Source: Eledone cirrhosa
Lineage: Eukaryota
NCBI GenBank assembly: GCA_964016885.1
Contig: OZ024743.1
Span: 335,792,001-335,856,000, forward strand
Reading direction: 5' to 3'
DNA: 64,000 bases
This document shows positions 41,039 through 52,533 of this stretch, one piece after another. Numbering within the stretch: position 1 is the stretch's first letter; each line of letters starts with the position of its first letter. The notes under the pieces were generated by a model, which was not told the origin of the DNA, did no database searches, and saw only the letters and a program-made list of their open reading frames with translations. Position numbers and translations under genes: made by a program.

Positions 41039-41074
<36 letters not shown>

Positions 41075-41419
41075 TGAACCATAGGGGAACTTCCGCTTTA
41101 TTTGGCTATAAACAGTCAGGGGATTTCATACAGAACAGTAAACATACTTTTCTTTTAGCATTTCCAGCTAACTCTCAAAACATTTGTTTTCTTTATATAT
41201 TTACATAGTAAATAGTGAGATCAGCTTCCGTATACACTGGGCTCTAAATAAGTGTAACATTAAAGATTGTTATTGGATACTTAGCTAGAGTAGTTCTACC
41301 TACTGAGTCAAATAATTAGGCTGTCAAAAAGGATGTTATGGAAACAAAAATCTTTCTTCCTGTAAAACAGAACCAAGAAGGCATCGATTCTTTTATGTAT
41401 GCCAGAAAGAGTAAAAACA

Positions 41420-42400
41420 TCAGCTGCAGTAGCAACAACAATAACAGTAACAATAACGACAACAATAACGAGAACAACAATAATAACGTCAACAACAGCA
41501 ATAACATAACGACAACATGACAACAACAATAACAACAACAATAACAATAAGGAAAATGACAACAACAATAACAACAATAACAACTGACTATAATAACAAA
41601 CCAGCAAGCGAGATTCTGTGCTAGAAATAGCAATCAAATCTTCTCAAAACCACACTTTGTGCCTTCAAGAGTCCTCAATATATTCTGTCGAATGAAAATA
41701 GATAAGTCGTTGCTGGAATCATAGATCTGCTTAACCGAGGCTGGCGTGGGTGTTCAGCAACAGCAGTAGCAGCAGCAACAACAGCAGCACTAACTGCAGC
41801 AGCAACAACAACAGCAGCAGAAACAACAGTAGCAACAACTGCAGCAGCAACAACAACAGCAGCAGAAACAACAGTAGCAACAACTGCAGCAGCAACAACA
41901 ACAGCAGCAGTAACAACAGTAGCAACAAAAACAGTAGCAGCAAAAGCAACTGCAGCAACAACAACCACAGCAGCAGTAACAGCAGCAATAGCAATACCAG
42001 TAACAACAACAGCAATAGCAACAACAACAACATCAACAACAGCAGTAACAGCAACAACAGCAGCAAAAGCAGCTGCAGCAACAACAACAGCAGCAGCAGC
42101 AATGACAGCAGCAACAACAACAGCTGCAGCAACAACAGCAACAACAACAACAGCAGCAACAATAGCAGCAACAACAGCAGCAACAACAGCAACAACAGTA
42201 GCAACAGCAACAACAGCAGCAAAAGCAACTGCAGCAACAACAACAACAACAGCAACAACGAAGCAACAACAACAACAGCAGCAACAACAGCAGCAACAGT
42301 AACAACAGCAGCAAAAGCAACTGCAGCAACAACAACAACATCAGCTACAACAGCAGCAACAACAGCAGCAACAACAATAGCAACATCAACAGCAGCAGTA
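41420..42400. repeat. (CAA/CAG)n compound trinucleotide repeats
   Basis: Seen directly. Source of the poly-L/C/N/T/A ORFs. Confidence 0.9.
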
Positions 42401-42499
42401 TTTGAATGACTGTGATTGGCGTGAGAATGAATGGATGCAGTATGCTCAAATAATTAAGAAATTCGATTCCCAAGCATGTAATGATCGAATGAATACGAT

Positions 42500-42880
42500 T
42501 GTGAATACAAGTGGCCGAAATGGGGTTACTGTGACGGTCCTATGGAGTAAGGTTACTTGATGGAGTGCATAGCTCGGAGATGAGAGAGTCATACGAGGTA
42601 GAGCCGCTACTTCTCTGAATTGAGAGGTCACAGCTCCGATACTTAGATCGTGTCGTTAAAATGCCTTATGAACGAATCATTGGGCAGAATTTACGGGCAA
42701 AACCAGCCGGCAGGAGACCCAGGGGTAGACACCAGGTAATATGGTTGGATAACATCCATGAGCTTGGTTGGTCTCACTTGGGGATACAGCCGGATCAGTT
42801 GGAGACTGCTGCTTCTGACAGGAACCACTGGAAAAAGTGTTTAAGGACTCTGCCCCCATGACACTTAGGATTAAATCAGA
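42500..42880 (+). mobile_element. RTE LINE 3' fragment
   Basis: MPYERIIGQNLRAKPAGRRPRGRHQVIWLDNIHELGW...ASDRNHWK. Confidence 0.75.
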
Positions 42881-43634
42881 GATGAAAAAGGAGAACGAGA
42901 AGGAGAAGAGATATCTCTATCACACAGTGATATCTCATACAAATGATTATTAACTCATGTCTTAGTCGCTGCATCAACTATTTATTTGTAAATAGAAACT
43001 GTAAATAAATTAATATGCAGATACATCGATTCAACTCTATAAATAAGTGCCTATGCGATCACTAGAAATAGCAGTCAAAATGTTATCAAATCACATCCTA
43101 CCTTCTAAAATACTTAAGGAAATATTTCGCTAAGTGCAGACTAACTAAATTAACCACAGAATACAAACTCAACTTTTTAATATCTGTTAGATCCTCTTTG
43201 ACGTACAGAATAATCACAGCCTCACACCTTTCATCTTAGGTATATTCGATCAAAGCTGCTCGGGCACTGGACAATAATAATAGTTTCTAATTTAGGCACA
43301 AAGCCAACTACCATGAGGTGGTAAAAGACAATTAAATCGACCAGCGTGTGACTGGAACTTTATTTTATCAATCCCCTAAGGATGAAATTCAAAGCTAACC
43401 TTGGCGGTATTTGAACACAGAATGTAAAGGGTCGTAACTGTAATAATGATTTCTGATTTACGCACAAGGCCAACAAACCCGAGGGAGGTGAAAGTGAATT
43501 AAATCGACCCCACTGGTACTTTTTTTATTGACGCCATAAGAATAAAATGCAAATCTAACCTCGGCGAGATTTAAGTCCGTAACCTTATAATAATTTCTTG
43601 CACGGAGTTTCTAGTGTATTGTTAAGCTACAGAT

Positions 43635-43821
43635 TCAAATGCATTTTATCTTTTTTCTCTTTTCTTTTTTCTTTTTTCTTTTTTCTTTTTTCTTTTTTCT
43701 TTTTTCTTTTTCATTTTTTCATTTTTCATTTTTCTTTTTTCTTTTTTCTTTTTTCTTTTTTCTTTTTTCTTTTTTCTTTTTTCTTTTTTCTTTTTTCTTT
43801 TTTCTTTTTTCTTTTTTCTTT

Positions 43822-43858
<37 letters not shown>

Positions 43859-44351
43859 TTTCTTTTTTCTTTTTTCTTTTTTCTTTTTTCTTTTTTCTTT
43901 TTTCTTTTTTCTTTTTTCTTTTTTCTTTTTTCTCTCCCCCTTACATATCTTCTTCCAACAGTTTAATTTAAATAAACCGTTAACTGTTCAACCTTTCGGA
44001 CACTCATTTGCATGCTCACTGATAACTACTTATCACCCTCAGTAAATGTAATATCTCCACTATCCAGGAAGCTCCAACCGTTAAGGTTGTCTTTTTTTCC
44101 GGGTATGTCAATATTTATTTATAAAACAAATCTGTATTTTATCTGATGAAAGCGCACCATAATTTGCCTTGGTTGCCCTTGAAATATGTATAATAAAATA
44201 AATATGGTTTTACAAATATAGTTTCCATTTATTAATATATTGTGTATTTACTCCACTAACTTTTGAGTGCTTTATATCAGTTATAAAAATGTTTAAGCTT
44301 GTTGAATCCCAACAAATTAAATATAACCTCTGCATATATATATATATATAT
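43635..44351 (+). repeat. Left arm of a long inverted repeat (TTTTTTC tract plus hammerhead-bearing unique part)
   Basis: Reverse complement of 51512-52060, with few differences in the roughly 400-bp unique part. Confidence 0.92.
44135..44200 (+). ncRNA. Type I hammerhead ribozyme motif
   Basis: TATTTTAT-CTGATGA-AAGCGCACC...GGTTGCCCTT-GAAA-TATGTA-TA-ATAAAATA: perfect 8-bp stem I, intact core, quasi-palindromic stem III. Confidence 0.85.
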
Positions 44352-45223
44352 TTGAAAACGATCTTTCAGAAGAGTAGTTTCTTCATTTGTATACGCTGAA
44401 CTGAAATCTAATCGGAAAACAAGAACAACGTTTTATAAAAATATTACCTATTATCAATACTATATTTTTTATCGATACATAATTATCTGAGGTTGGGGGA
44501 TGTTCATAGCTTTATCAATGATTATAACTACGTTTAGGAATAGTAAATGTTCTCAAAAAGAGAGAAAATCTAGTTATTGAATCAGCTCTATTTAACCGGG
44601 GCCGTCAATAATATATTATATTCATTTCTAATATAAGCATAATACCACACATTTTACAGGAGATATGATAAATAACATAAATAAAATAGTGAGCTCTCGG
44701 GAAGCCGAACATACAACCGATATCAAATTTGTGTTGGAAGTCATTTTACTTTAATTACGCAGTTAATTTCCCTGAAAAATGGTATTAACGTTTCAATTTA
44801 CTACACTGCTTCTCCAAAATTTAGAATTTAAGTGCGTCATTTAAATTGACTTTTGCTGAAATTCTAGCTTTGGCATACACTTATGTTTTATCATATATGT
44901 CAGATATCGCATTAACTAGGAACATGCAGGGAAATTGATATAAACAATTGAAACTGGTTTTTTCGTGTACTCAGTTTGCAAATATGTGTATTTGTACTGT
45001 GTCAATAGATAAGTAACTGTATATTAGTAAAGTTAATTAGGAATGAAGTATTGGGAAAGCGAAACACAGCAAGATGATCACTGACACATTATATTCAATT
45101 ATAAGTAGGAAAATAAGTTTCCTAATCCTCAACCAAACAGAGTAACTGTTATATAGATAATTATAAGAAATCAGAGAAATGTTTCTGAATAATGCATTTG
45201 GTATACTTCAATAAACACACACA

Positions 45224-45278
<55 letters not shown>

Positions 45279-45332
45279 TAAGAATAAAGCAACAAAGAGT
45301 CAGTGTTGCATTTTAATATATTTAATAACATA

Positions 45333-45492
45333 TTACATGGTTCACTGTCGACCAGCTCGAGGAACAATCTATTATTGATCGAACCTGACTTTGGAATGGA
45401 AAGATCCTCAGATATGCCTCAGTATGTAAAATCGTCTTATAGTTTCGATCAATAATAGATCGTTCCACGAGCTGATCGACGGTGAAACATGT
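45333..45492. repeat. Inverted repeat with about 50-bp arms
   Basis: catggttcactgtcgaccagctcgaggaacaatctattattgatcgaa pairs with ttcgatcaataatagatcgttccacgagctgatcgacggtgaaacatg. Confidence 0.8.
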
Positions 45493-45624
45493 TCCTTTAT
45501 TCGTATACTACTATAATCTGCGCGAGCATCGAGTGCTCACCCGGCATATCGCCTACGGACGCAATTTTCTTGCACCTATCTATCTATCTATCTATCTATA
45601 GTGGCTAATAAAGAAACATATCTA

Positions 45625-45655
<31 letters not shown>

Positions 45656-45874
45656 ATCTATCTCTGGGATGGACACACGCGTATAACTTGCTGAGTAAGT
45701 TCTGTTTAAATTTCTATAGAAATTCTTGTCTGATAACTTTAATTTTTGTACCATTTTGTAGAGGGACTGCCAGGTCAAACTTTGATCTGGTCAGTCTCTC
45801 AAAATATTCTACGCCTTTAGGCGAAATAGTTAAAAAAAAAGTTTTTTCTTGTTGAAAAGTCAATATTTTTTTAA

Positions 45875-47662
45875 ATGGCCGAAGCTTCTTCACCAAAATT
45901 CGAAGGAGGAAAGGGGAAGATGAACTTACAGCTTCCCCCTGCCACTGTCACAGTAGCAGAGGTCAAGAAGATAGGTCAGCCAGAGGAAGAATTCTCTCCA
46001 CCTGTTAACCGACAACTTGACGTTGCCATGGCAACAACCCAAAGAACCAGCAGCAACAGCAACAACAACAACAATGCGACGGACGAAAACAACACCAATA
46101 ACAATAACAATAACAACAACAAGACCAATAACGGTGACAACAACAACAATGATAACAACAACACCACCAACGACAACAACAACACAAACAAACAAAATTT
46201 CTCCTTCGCCGAGACGACAAGGAAAACCCTCGACTATCTGCCAGTAGATATAACAAAAGCGAAGGAGCTACTGGCGGATGCGAAAAAATATATAGTGTAC
46301 GGGGAAAATGGTTCATTCACAATCCATTCCCCCCCGGAACTAAAAAGCCAGAGACTCCTAAACACGGTCATGTTTAGGACAATCTCGAACAAAAGTAAAA
46401 AACCAGCTCAACCATCACAGAGCGAGATAGAGCTGGTTTTAAAAGACGTCATGAAGGACATCACCTTCATTCAGAAGGATAGACTCTACGGGAGTCTATC
46501 CATTCTCATGAAGGACAGGGACACAGCAGTGAAACTGTCCATCAAACCAATCACATCCACCGCATACACCTTCTACCCTACGTACATGGGTAGAAGAACA
46601 CAAAAAATAAAAATCCACACCATCCTGCCGATTATGGACATATGGTGGGTTTTGACAGGTTTTCTGGACCTGGAGGATGACATGCTGGTGTCCATGGGAA
46701 AGGCATCGGGTGACGCGTTCAGTGGAACGAGCCTCGAACTTGTAGTTCAAATGAGGCCCGAAAGGATCGCCCAGATCCCTGAACGCGTCATACTGGATGA
46801 TCTAACCTTCATCAACATTACCGTTGAGGGTAGACGGCCCTCGTGTTACCTCTGCGGAACCAGAGGTCACCTGAGGGCTGTCTGTCCCCAACTTAATAAG
46901 AAAACCCCAATCCTGCCTACACCACCAACAACTGCACAACCAACACAATCACCACAACTACCACTACAAAAACAACCACCACAGCTCAAACCAAAACAAA
47001 ACAATGTCCAACCCATCCCCTCCACTCAAAAAACAAAAACAATTTCCAAAACACCCGTACCGCAAACACAACCCGAAAATATACCCCTCCCCTCCAACGC
47101 GGAAGATGACCCTAGTTCGTCGTCAGACGAGGAGGAGCACTTCCACACAATCAAAAGAAAAAAAAGAAAACACACCTCAGACACACAAATGAAAAAAACC
47201 CCTCCCCAAAACATAACACTGACACCAACACAAAAGAGCTCACAACAGCAAACAAAAAACACCACACAAAAACAAAAACATGCATACACATACATAAATA
47301 CAAGAAACAAAAAACTGTTAAACATTGTGTACAACAACAATCTAATAAAAACACAAGGGCCTAACTTCACCCAGGCAGGGGATTTCCCCCACCTCAAAAT
47401 GATTAAGGCCCCACAGGACACCTATAAAACTTTAAAAAACAATTTTAAAGAGGACGTGGGTCCCCCCTGCGTCGGGCCCATTAACCGCGTCCTCCTAAAA
47501 AACTATCCCACCCCCTCCCCAAACACCCTCACAACTCCAAGCTCCCCAACCACACAACACACTGATGCCCCCACACTTCCACAAACCACCACCCCACCCA
47601 ACAACCCATCCGCCACCCTAATGGAAATTGTGCAGCCCGATACCCGGGACGCAGAGAGGTAA
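45875..47662 (+). CDS. Tx1-like ORF1 (gag-like nucleic-acid-binding protein)
   Basis: 595 aa with CCHC knuckle CYLCGTRGHLRAVC preceded by VEGRRP, a poly-Asn tract, and a basic/Pro-Thr-rich tail. Confidence 0.88.
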   Translation: MAEASSPKFEGGKGKMNLQLPPATVTVAEVKKIGQPEEEFSPPVNRQLDVAMATTQRTSSNSNNNNNATDENNTNNNNNNNNKTNNGDNNNNDNNNTTNDNNNTNKQNFSFAETTRKTLDYLPVDITKAKELLADAKKYIVYGENGSFTIHSPPELKSQRLLNTVMFRTISNKSKKPAQPSQSEIELVLKDVMKDITFIQKDRLYGSLSILMKDRDTAVKLSIKPITSTAYTFYPTYMGRRTQKIKIHTILPIMDIWWVLTGFLDLEDDMLVSMGKASGDAFSGTSLELVVQMRPERIAQIPERVILDDLTFINITVEGRRPSCYLCGTRGHLRAVCPQLNKKTPILPTPPTTAQPTQSPQLPLQKQPPQLKPKQNNVQPIPSTQKTKTISKTPVPQTQPENIPLPSNAEDDPSSSSDEEEHFHTIKRKKRKHTSDTQMKKTPPQNITLTPTQKSSQQQTKNTTQKQKHAYTYINTRNKKLLNIVYNNNLIKTQGPNFTQAGDFPHLKMIKAPQDTYKTLKNNFKEDVGPPCVGPINRVLLKNYPTPSPNTLTTPSSPTTQHTDAPTLPQTTTPPNNPSATLMEIVQPDTRDAER

Positions 47663-47686
47663 GTGCCTTTTCTCTTCACCACCAAC

Positions 47687-50600
47687 ATGGCTATGCTAAG
47701 AGTAGGCTGTTTAAATGCGCGTGGCCTGGGCTCAACTTGGAAACAAGCAATGCTTCTAAATGACCTCAGGTCACAACGTATAGATGTGATGGTTATTTGC
47801 GAGGCCCGGATCAGCAACGTGCGACAGCTGGCCCCCACCTTTGATGACTTTGAGATGCACGCATCTCTCTGTCAGCCCGGAGGTGGGGGTGGAGTTGTCG
47901 TTCTGCTGCAAAAACATCTGGGTCTCGCAACACAGATGGTACATTTGGACCCGGAGGGTCGACTACTGGTTCTGGACCTTGGCAGTGGTAAAGGCGGAGC
48001 GTTTAGGTTGGTAGCCGCCTACGGCCCTTTCGGGTCAATGCGGCCGGACTTCTTCCATCGTCTGGAGACTTTTCTAGGGACGTCCCGCTCCTTGCTATTA
48101 GTGGGGGACTGGAATGGTATCCTAGATGCACGCTGGGACTACGTAGGGGCCTGCCCCGATAGAGAGGGGTGTAATAGCCTCAAAGGGTTAATCGGTCGAT
48201 TTGACCTGGCCGATAGATATCGACTAGATTTTCCGACTGCGCCAACCTGGACTTGGGCAAATCGTAGCGGATCATCTAGGTCGTACCTAGATAGGTTCTT
48301 AGTTAGAATTAAGGATAAGGACTTTTTAAGTTGTCCAAAAATGCGCATGGTTGGCTATTCAGACCACAAATTAGTGACCTGCATGGTCAACCTTGACAGA
48401 ACTCATAGACAGGGCCCCGGTTACTGGAAGCTCAACTTGTCCTTGCCGGCAAGTAGAGCCTACAGGAATCGGATTAGTACGTTAGTTAAGGAACGGTTGA
48501 CTGGAGCGATCGTCAACAGCAGGTGGTGGGTATCTCTAAAGAGAGAGATTAGAGTAGTCTCGATAGAATTTAGTAAGGTTCTAGCTGCGGATAGGAATAG
48601 GAAGGAAAGGGAGCTAATAGATAGAGTAGAAGAGGCAATTAGAAGCGGCGACGTGGCCAGAGTGCTAGCATCGAGAACGGCTTTGAGCCAGTTTTTCGAC
48701 GCGAAGCACGAAGGCTGCGTTGTCCGAAGTAAAATACGTGCTCTAGGGAACGAGGGGACCAAAGCTGTTAGCTGGGCCCGCGTGACAGAGGCCAACAGTG
48801 GAACTAAATCCACCATCCGGTCTTTGCGAGACCTGGATGGACGGGCGATTCTTGAGCCTAAGCAGATGTGTGAGGCCTTTCAAAGGCACTTTGCCCGACT
48901 GTTCGGGAGGGGCGGGGAGCCGGTTGGGAACGTGGACTTCGGTCCATACCTCGACGGCCTGCCGCGCCTCTCGGACAGGGAGGCGAAGTCCTGCGAGGAG
49001 CCGATTTCGGCCGCTGAGATAGAGGACGTGCTGAGCCAATGCGGCAAACGCAAATCCCCGGGTCTCGATGGTCTTCCTTACGAATTATATTTAGCTATGC
49101 CGGACTTGTTCCCCGATCTCCTCGAGGCGGTCTACTGCAACTGGCAACAGAACGGGAGAATTCCCTGTACTGTGACCAAGGGCGTAGTCACGCTAGTGAG
49201 GAAGGACGAGAACAAGGGGGACGAAATAAGTAACTTCAGGCCCATAACTCTGCTAAATACAGAGTTACAGATTTTGGCCAAGGTGCTAGCAAAGAGGTTG
49301 GCGCTTGTCGTGGGCAACCTGGTGGGAGATGCGCAGACATGCGCTATCCCGTCCAGGTCCATCCATGACAACCTCCACCTCATGCGATACATCATAGAGA
49401 GGGTTGGGAACGAACCCGGCTTTGGTGGGGCTCTGATCAACTTGGATCAATCTAAGGCGTTCGATAGGGTCGACCATGGTTACCTGGATGCGGTGCTAGC
49501 GGCGGCAGGCTTCGGACCCGTTTTCAGGGGCTGGATCACTGCTATGCACAGCAGCCGCATCTGCTCTAGGGTCAAGGTGAACGGCTACCTCTCGGAGCCG
49601 TTCAAAATCGCGCCGTCCATCCGACAAGGGTGCCCTCTCTCCTCCCTTCTGTATGTGTTGACTCTCGAGCCACTACTGCGGAAGTTGGAGTTGTTGCAGG
49701 GCATCCCTTTGGAACCGGGATTGCGGAAAGCGGTGTCGGCCTACGCCGATGACGTGACAGTAATGGTGTCGACGGCCTCCGAAATCGAGGCGGTCGGCAC
49801 CTTACTGGAGGAGTACGAAAAGTTCACAGGGGCTAAGCTGAACCGGGACAAGTCGATCGGTTTGCAACTCGGCACGTGGAGGGGCAGACCGATGCCCTCC
49901 GATAGCGTCGTCGGACGCTGGGCGGAGGGCCCGGTGAAGTTGCTCGGGGTCTGGTTCGGACCGGACCTCCAGGTGGAGAAAAACTGGGCGGAGGTTACGA
50001 ACAGGGTGTTTGCACTGACCCAGAAGTGGGCCAGTTGCAAACTATCCCTGAAAGGCCGGGCGGAGGTGGCGAACACCTACATAGCGTCCGTCATCTACTA
50101 CCGCCTGACCGTAGTGCCCTGCCCAAGGGAAACCCTCACCAAGATGGAGCGCGCGCTCTTCCAATTCCTTTGGAAGAGGCGGGCTCCTATGGTGAGGAGA
50201 TCCATCTGCTGTCAACACCCTTCGAAAGGAGGGCTGGGGATGCCGTGGCTAATGATGCGTAAACACGCATTAAGGCTACGGCACCTCTACGTATTCCTCA
50301 CCGGACAACCGGTGTGGGCCTCGTTTGTGAGACGAACCTTTCCCAGACTCGTCTCACTCACCGAGCTGCAATCCTGGGTCAAGCAAAGACCGAGAAAACT
50401 GGGCGCCTGGCACACTGAGTGTGCCCAGGCGCTCACCGCCCTCTGGCAGGCGGATCCGGTTATCAGTGGAGACTCCACCGCAACATTCTATAGAGGGCTG
50501 GTACGCAGCAGGTGCGACGACGCCCTCGGAGAAGCCCTAGACATGGAGGAGGACGAACTGGCCAGCCTGTTCGGTAGGACATTCAGCCCGGGACCTATGG

Positions 50601-51124
50601 ACAACTTCCAGAAGTCCCTGGCCTGGCAGTGCTACCGAGGGGCTTTACCCGTTCGAGAAAGGCTCTACAGACACGGGCGCCCGGGTAGGGACCCCGCCAA
50701 AAAGATCTGTCCCAGATGCGTGTGCGACGAGGAAACCGTTGCACACGCATTAGTACACTGCTCGGGCGTAGCCGATCTGTGGGGCTATGTCGAACAACTG
50801 CTGTCAAGGGTGGGACCGATCCGGTTGACCACCGAGTCTATTGTAATGATCAAGCCGCCTCCCCCCTTCAAAGATGAAGCAGAGGCGGTGTTTCTGTGCG
50901 TAATAGCCATGGCGAAAGAGGTTGTATGGTGGACGCGTCTGAAAGGACTGAGGTCGGGCACCTTTCTCTCTGGCCAACAACTGGTCCGTTTCTTCCGATA
51001 TCATTTCGGAAGAAGGATCAGGATGGAGAGAGAGGTGCTGCACCCCAGCCGTTTCTATGAAAGATGGGTGAAAGTGGCGAGAATGGCCCGTGTGAATGGG
51101 CCTTCACTCTACATCAGACTATAG
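47687..51124 (+). CDS. Tx1-like ORF2 (APE endonuclease, RT, C-terminal zinc finger)
   Basis: LNARGL, GDWN, LDRF, SDH, GYWKLN, SPGLDG, FRPITLLN, LDQSKAFDRVDH, QGCPLS, YADD, GGLG, CPRC...HALVHC. First ATG is at 47687 and the frame is open from 47663. Confidence 0.95.
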   Translation: MAMLRVGCLNARGLGSTWKQAMLLNDLRSQRIDVMVICEARISNVRQLAPTFDDFEMHASLCQPGGGGGVVVLLQKHLGLATQMVHLDPEGRLLVLDLGSGKGGAFRLVAAYGPFGSMRPDFFHRLETFLGTSRSLLLVGDWNGILDARWDYVGACPDREGCNSLKGLIGRFDLADRYRLDFPTAPTWTWANRSGSSRSYLDRFLVRIKDKDFLSCPKMRMVGYSDHKLVTCMVNLDRTHRQGPGYWKLNLSLPASRAYRNRISTLVKERLTGAIVNSRWWVSLKREIRVVSIEFSKVLAADRNRKERELIDRVEEAIRSGDVARVLASRTALSQFFDAKHEGCVVRSKIRALGNEGTKAVSWARVTEANSGTKSTIRSLRDLDGRAILEPKQMCEAFQRHFARLFGRGGEPVGNVDFGPYLDGLPRLSDREAKSCEEPISAAEIEDVLSQCGKRKSPGLDGLPYELYLAMPDLFPDLLEAVYCNWQQNGRIPCTVTKGVVTLVRKDENKGDEISNFRPITLLNTELQILAKVLAKRLALVVGNLVGDAQTCAIPSRSIHDNLHLMRYIIERVGNEPGFGGALINLDQSKAFDRVDHGYLDAVLAAAGFGPVFRGWITAMHSSRICSRVKVNGYLSEPFKIAPSIRQGCPLSSLLYVLTLEPLLRKLELLQGIPLEPGLRKAVSAYADDVTVMVSTASEIEAVGTLLEEYEKFTGAKLNRDKSIGLQLGTWRGRPMPSDSVVGRWAEGPVKLLGVWFGPDLQVEKNWAEVTNRVFALTQKWASCKLSLKGRAEVANTYIASVIYYRLTVVPCPRETLTKMERALFQFLWKRRAPMVRRSICCQHPSKGGLGMPWLMMRKHALRLRHLYVFLTGQPVWASFVRRTFPRLVSLTELQSWVKQRPRKLGAWHTECAQALTALWQADPVISGDSTATFYRGLVRSRCDDALGEALDMEEDELASLFGRTFSPGPMDNFQKSLAWQCYRGALPVRERLYRHGRPGRDPAKKICPRCVCDEETVAHALVHCSGVADLWGYVEQLLSRVGPIRLTTESIVMIKPPPPFKDEAEAVFLCVIAMAKEVVWWTRLKGLRSGTFLSGQQLVRFFRYHFGRRIRMEREVLHPSRFYERWVKVARMARVNGPSLYIRL

Positions 51125-51398
51125 GTGAGGAAGATGAAAGACCAAGGGAGCACCCCTTCTCTGTGCTCCTGAGGAGAAGGGTTGCACACTTTTTTCGGGG
51201 GTGTGTGCGACCCCCCAAGGCGCCTCCTCTCTATTGAGGATTTTGTTAAAAATTTTATTTTTTGTTATATCTTATTTTATTTTTATATTTTGTTATTGCC
51301 TCCTCCTTATTGAGGACGCCTTTTTGTGTAAACTCCCCCCTTTGTACTTGTCCCACTTTTGATGCCCTAGTGGCAAATAAAAGAAATATATCTATCTA

Positions 51399-51441
<43 letters not shown>

Positions 51442-51511
51442 AGGATATTCGTCGGTATCGAATGAATATTGGCATCCACCAGTAAGCGCTATTTCTCCAT
51501 CTCCATCCCCT

Positions 51512-52060
51512 TATATATATATATATATATATGCAGAGGTTATATTTAATTTGTTGGGATTCAACAAGCTTAAACATTTTTATAACTGATATAAAGCACT
51601 CAACAATTAGTGGAGTAAATACACAATATATTAATAAATGGAAACTATATTTGTAAAATCATATTTATTTTATTATACATATTTCAAGGGCAACCAAGGC
51701 AAATTATGGTGCGCTTTCATCAGATAAAATACAGATTTGTTTTATAAATAAATATTGACATACCCGGAAAAAAAGACAACCTTAACGGTTGGAGCTTCCT
51801 GGATAGTGGAGATATTACATTTACTGAGGGTGATAAGTAGTTATCAGTGAGCATGCAAATGAGTGTCCGAAAGATTGAACAGTTAACGGTTTATTTAAAT
51901 TAAACTGTTGGAAGATGTGTAAGGGGGAGAGAAAAAAGAAAAAAGAAAAAAGAAAAAAGAAAAAAGAAAAAAGAAAAAAGAAAAAAGAAAAAAGAAAAAA
52001 GAAAAAAGGTAAAATAAAAAATAAAAAATAAAAAAGAAAAAAGAAAAAAGAAAAAAGAAA
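51512..52060 (-). repeat. Right arm of the long inverted repeat
   Basis: Reverse complement of 43635-44351. Confidence 0.92.
51666..51731 (-). ncRNA. Type I hammerhead ribozyme motif (copy of 44135-44200)
   Basis: Exact reverse complement of the 44135-44200 motif. Confidence 0.85.
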
Positions 52061-52269
52061 GGAGAAAGATAGAAGAGGAAAGAAAGAAACGATTATATAT
52101 ATTGATAGTGAAGATAGAGTGCATGAAGAAATAAATTTCAAAGGATAAATATACACACGTAAGTGAAAGAAGAAATACGCCATCTTGTTTTTGTGTGTGT
52201 TGTGACACAACAAACACAAAAACAAGATGGCGTAAGTAAGAACAAAGGAGAGGCACAAAACAAAGAAAT

Positions 52270-52533
52270 GAATCCCCAGTCACTGAAGGGGTCACAGTAT
52301 GTGTGACGAAAGAACTTTGACAATATATGAACAAACGTCCGGTTATGGAACCAACCAACCAGCCGGAAATTTATAAATTCTTAAATTTATAAATTTAATT
52401 TATAATAAATTGGAGTGAAAGCAACTGGTGCGTGTGTTTCTTATTGGCAACATGAGCCTCCCAAAGCATAACAATATCGGTTTCAACACACGTTTTCAGA
52501 TAAAGAATCTTGCTAAACAAATTCAGAAACGAA

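Larger units (their letters stand above)
45661..51390 (+). mobile_element. Full-length Tx1-clade (L1 group) non-LTR retrotransposon
   Basis: Two intact ORFs, a 3' UTR with AATAAA, and (TATC)n on both sides. Confidence 0.92.

Noticed and set aside
41308-43971. Poly-Leu/Cys/Asn/Phe ORFs
   Set aside because: Translations of CAA/CAG and TTTTTTC repeats, open in several frames at once.
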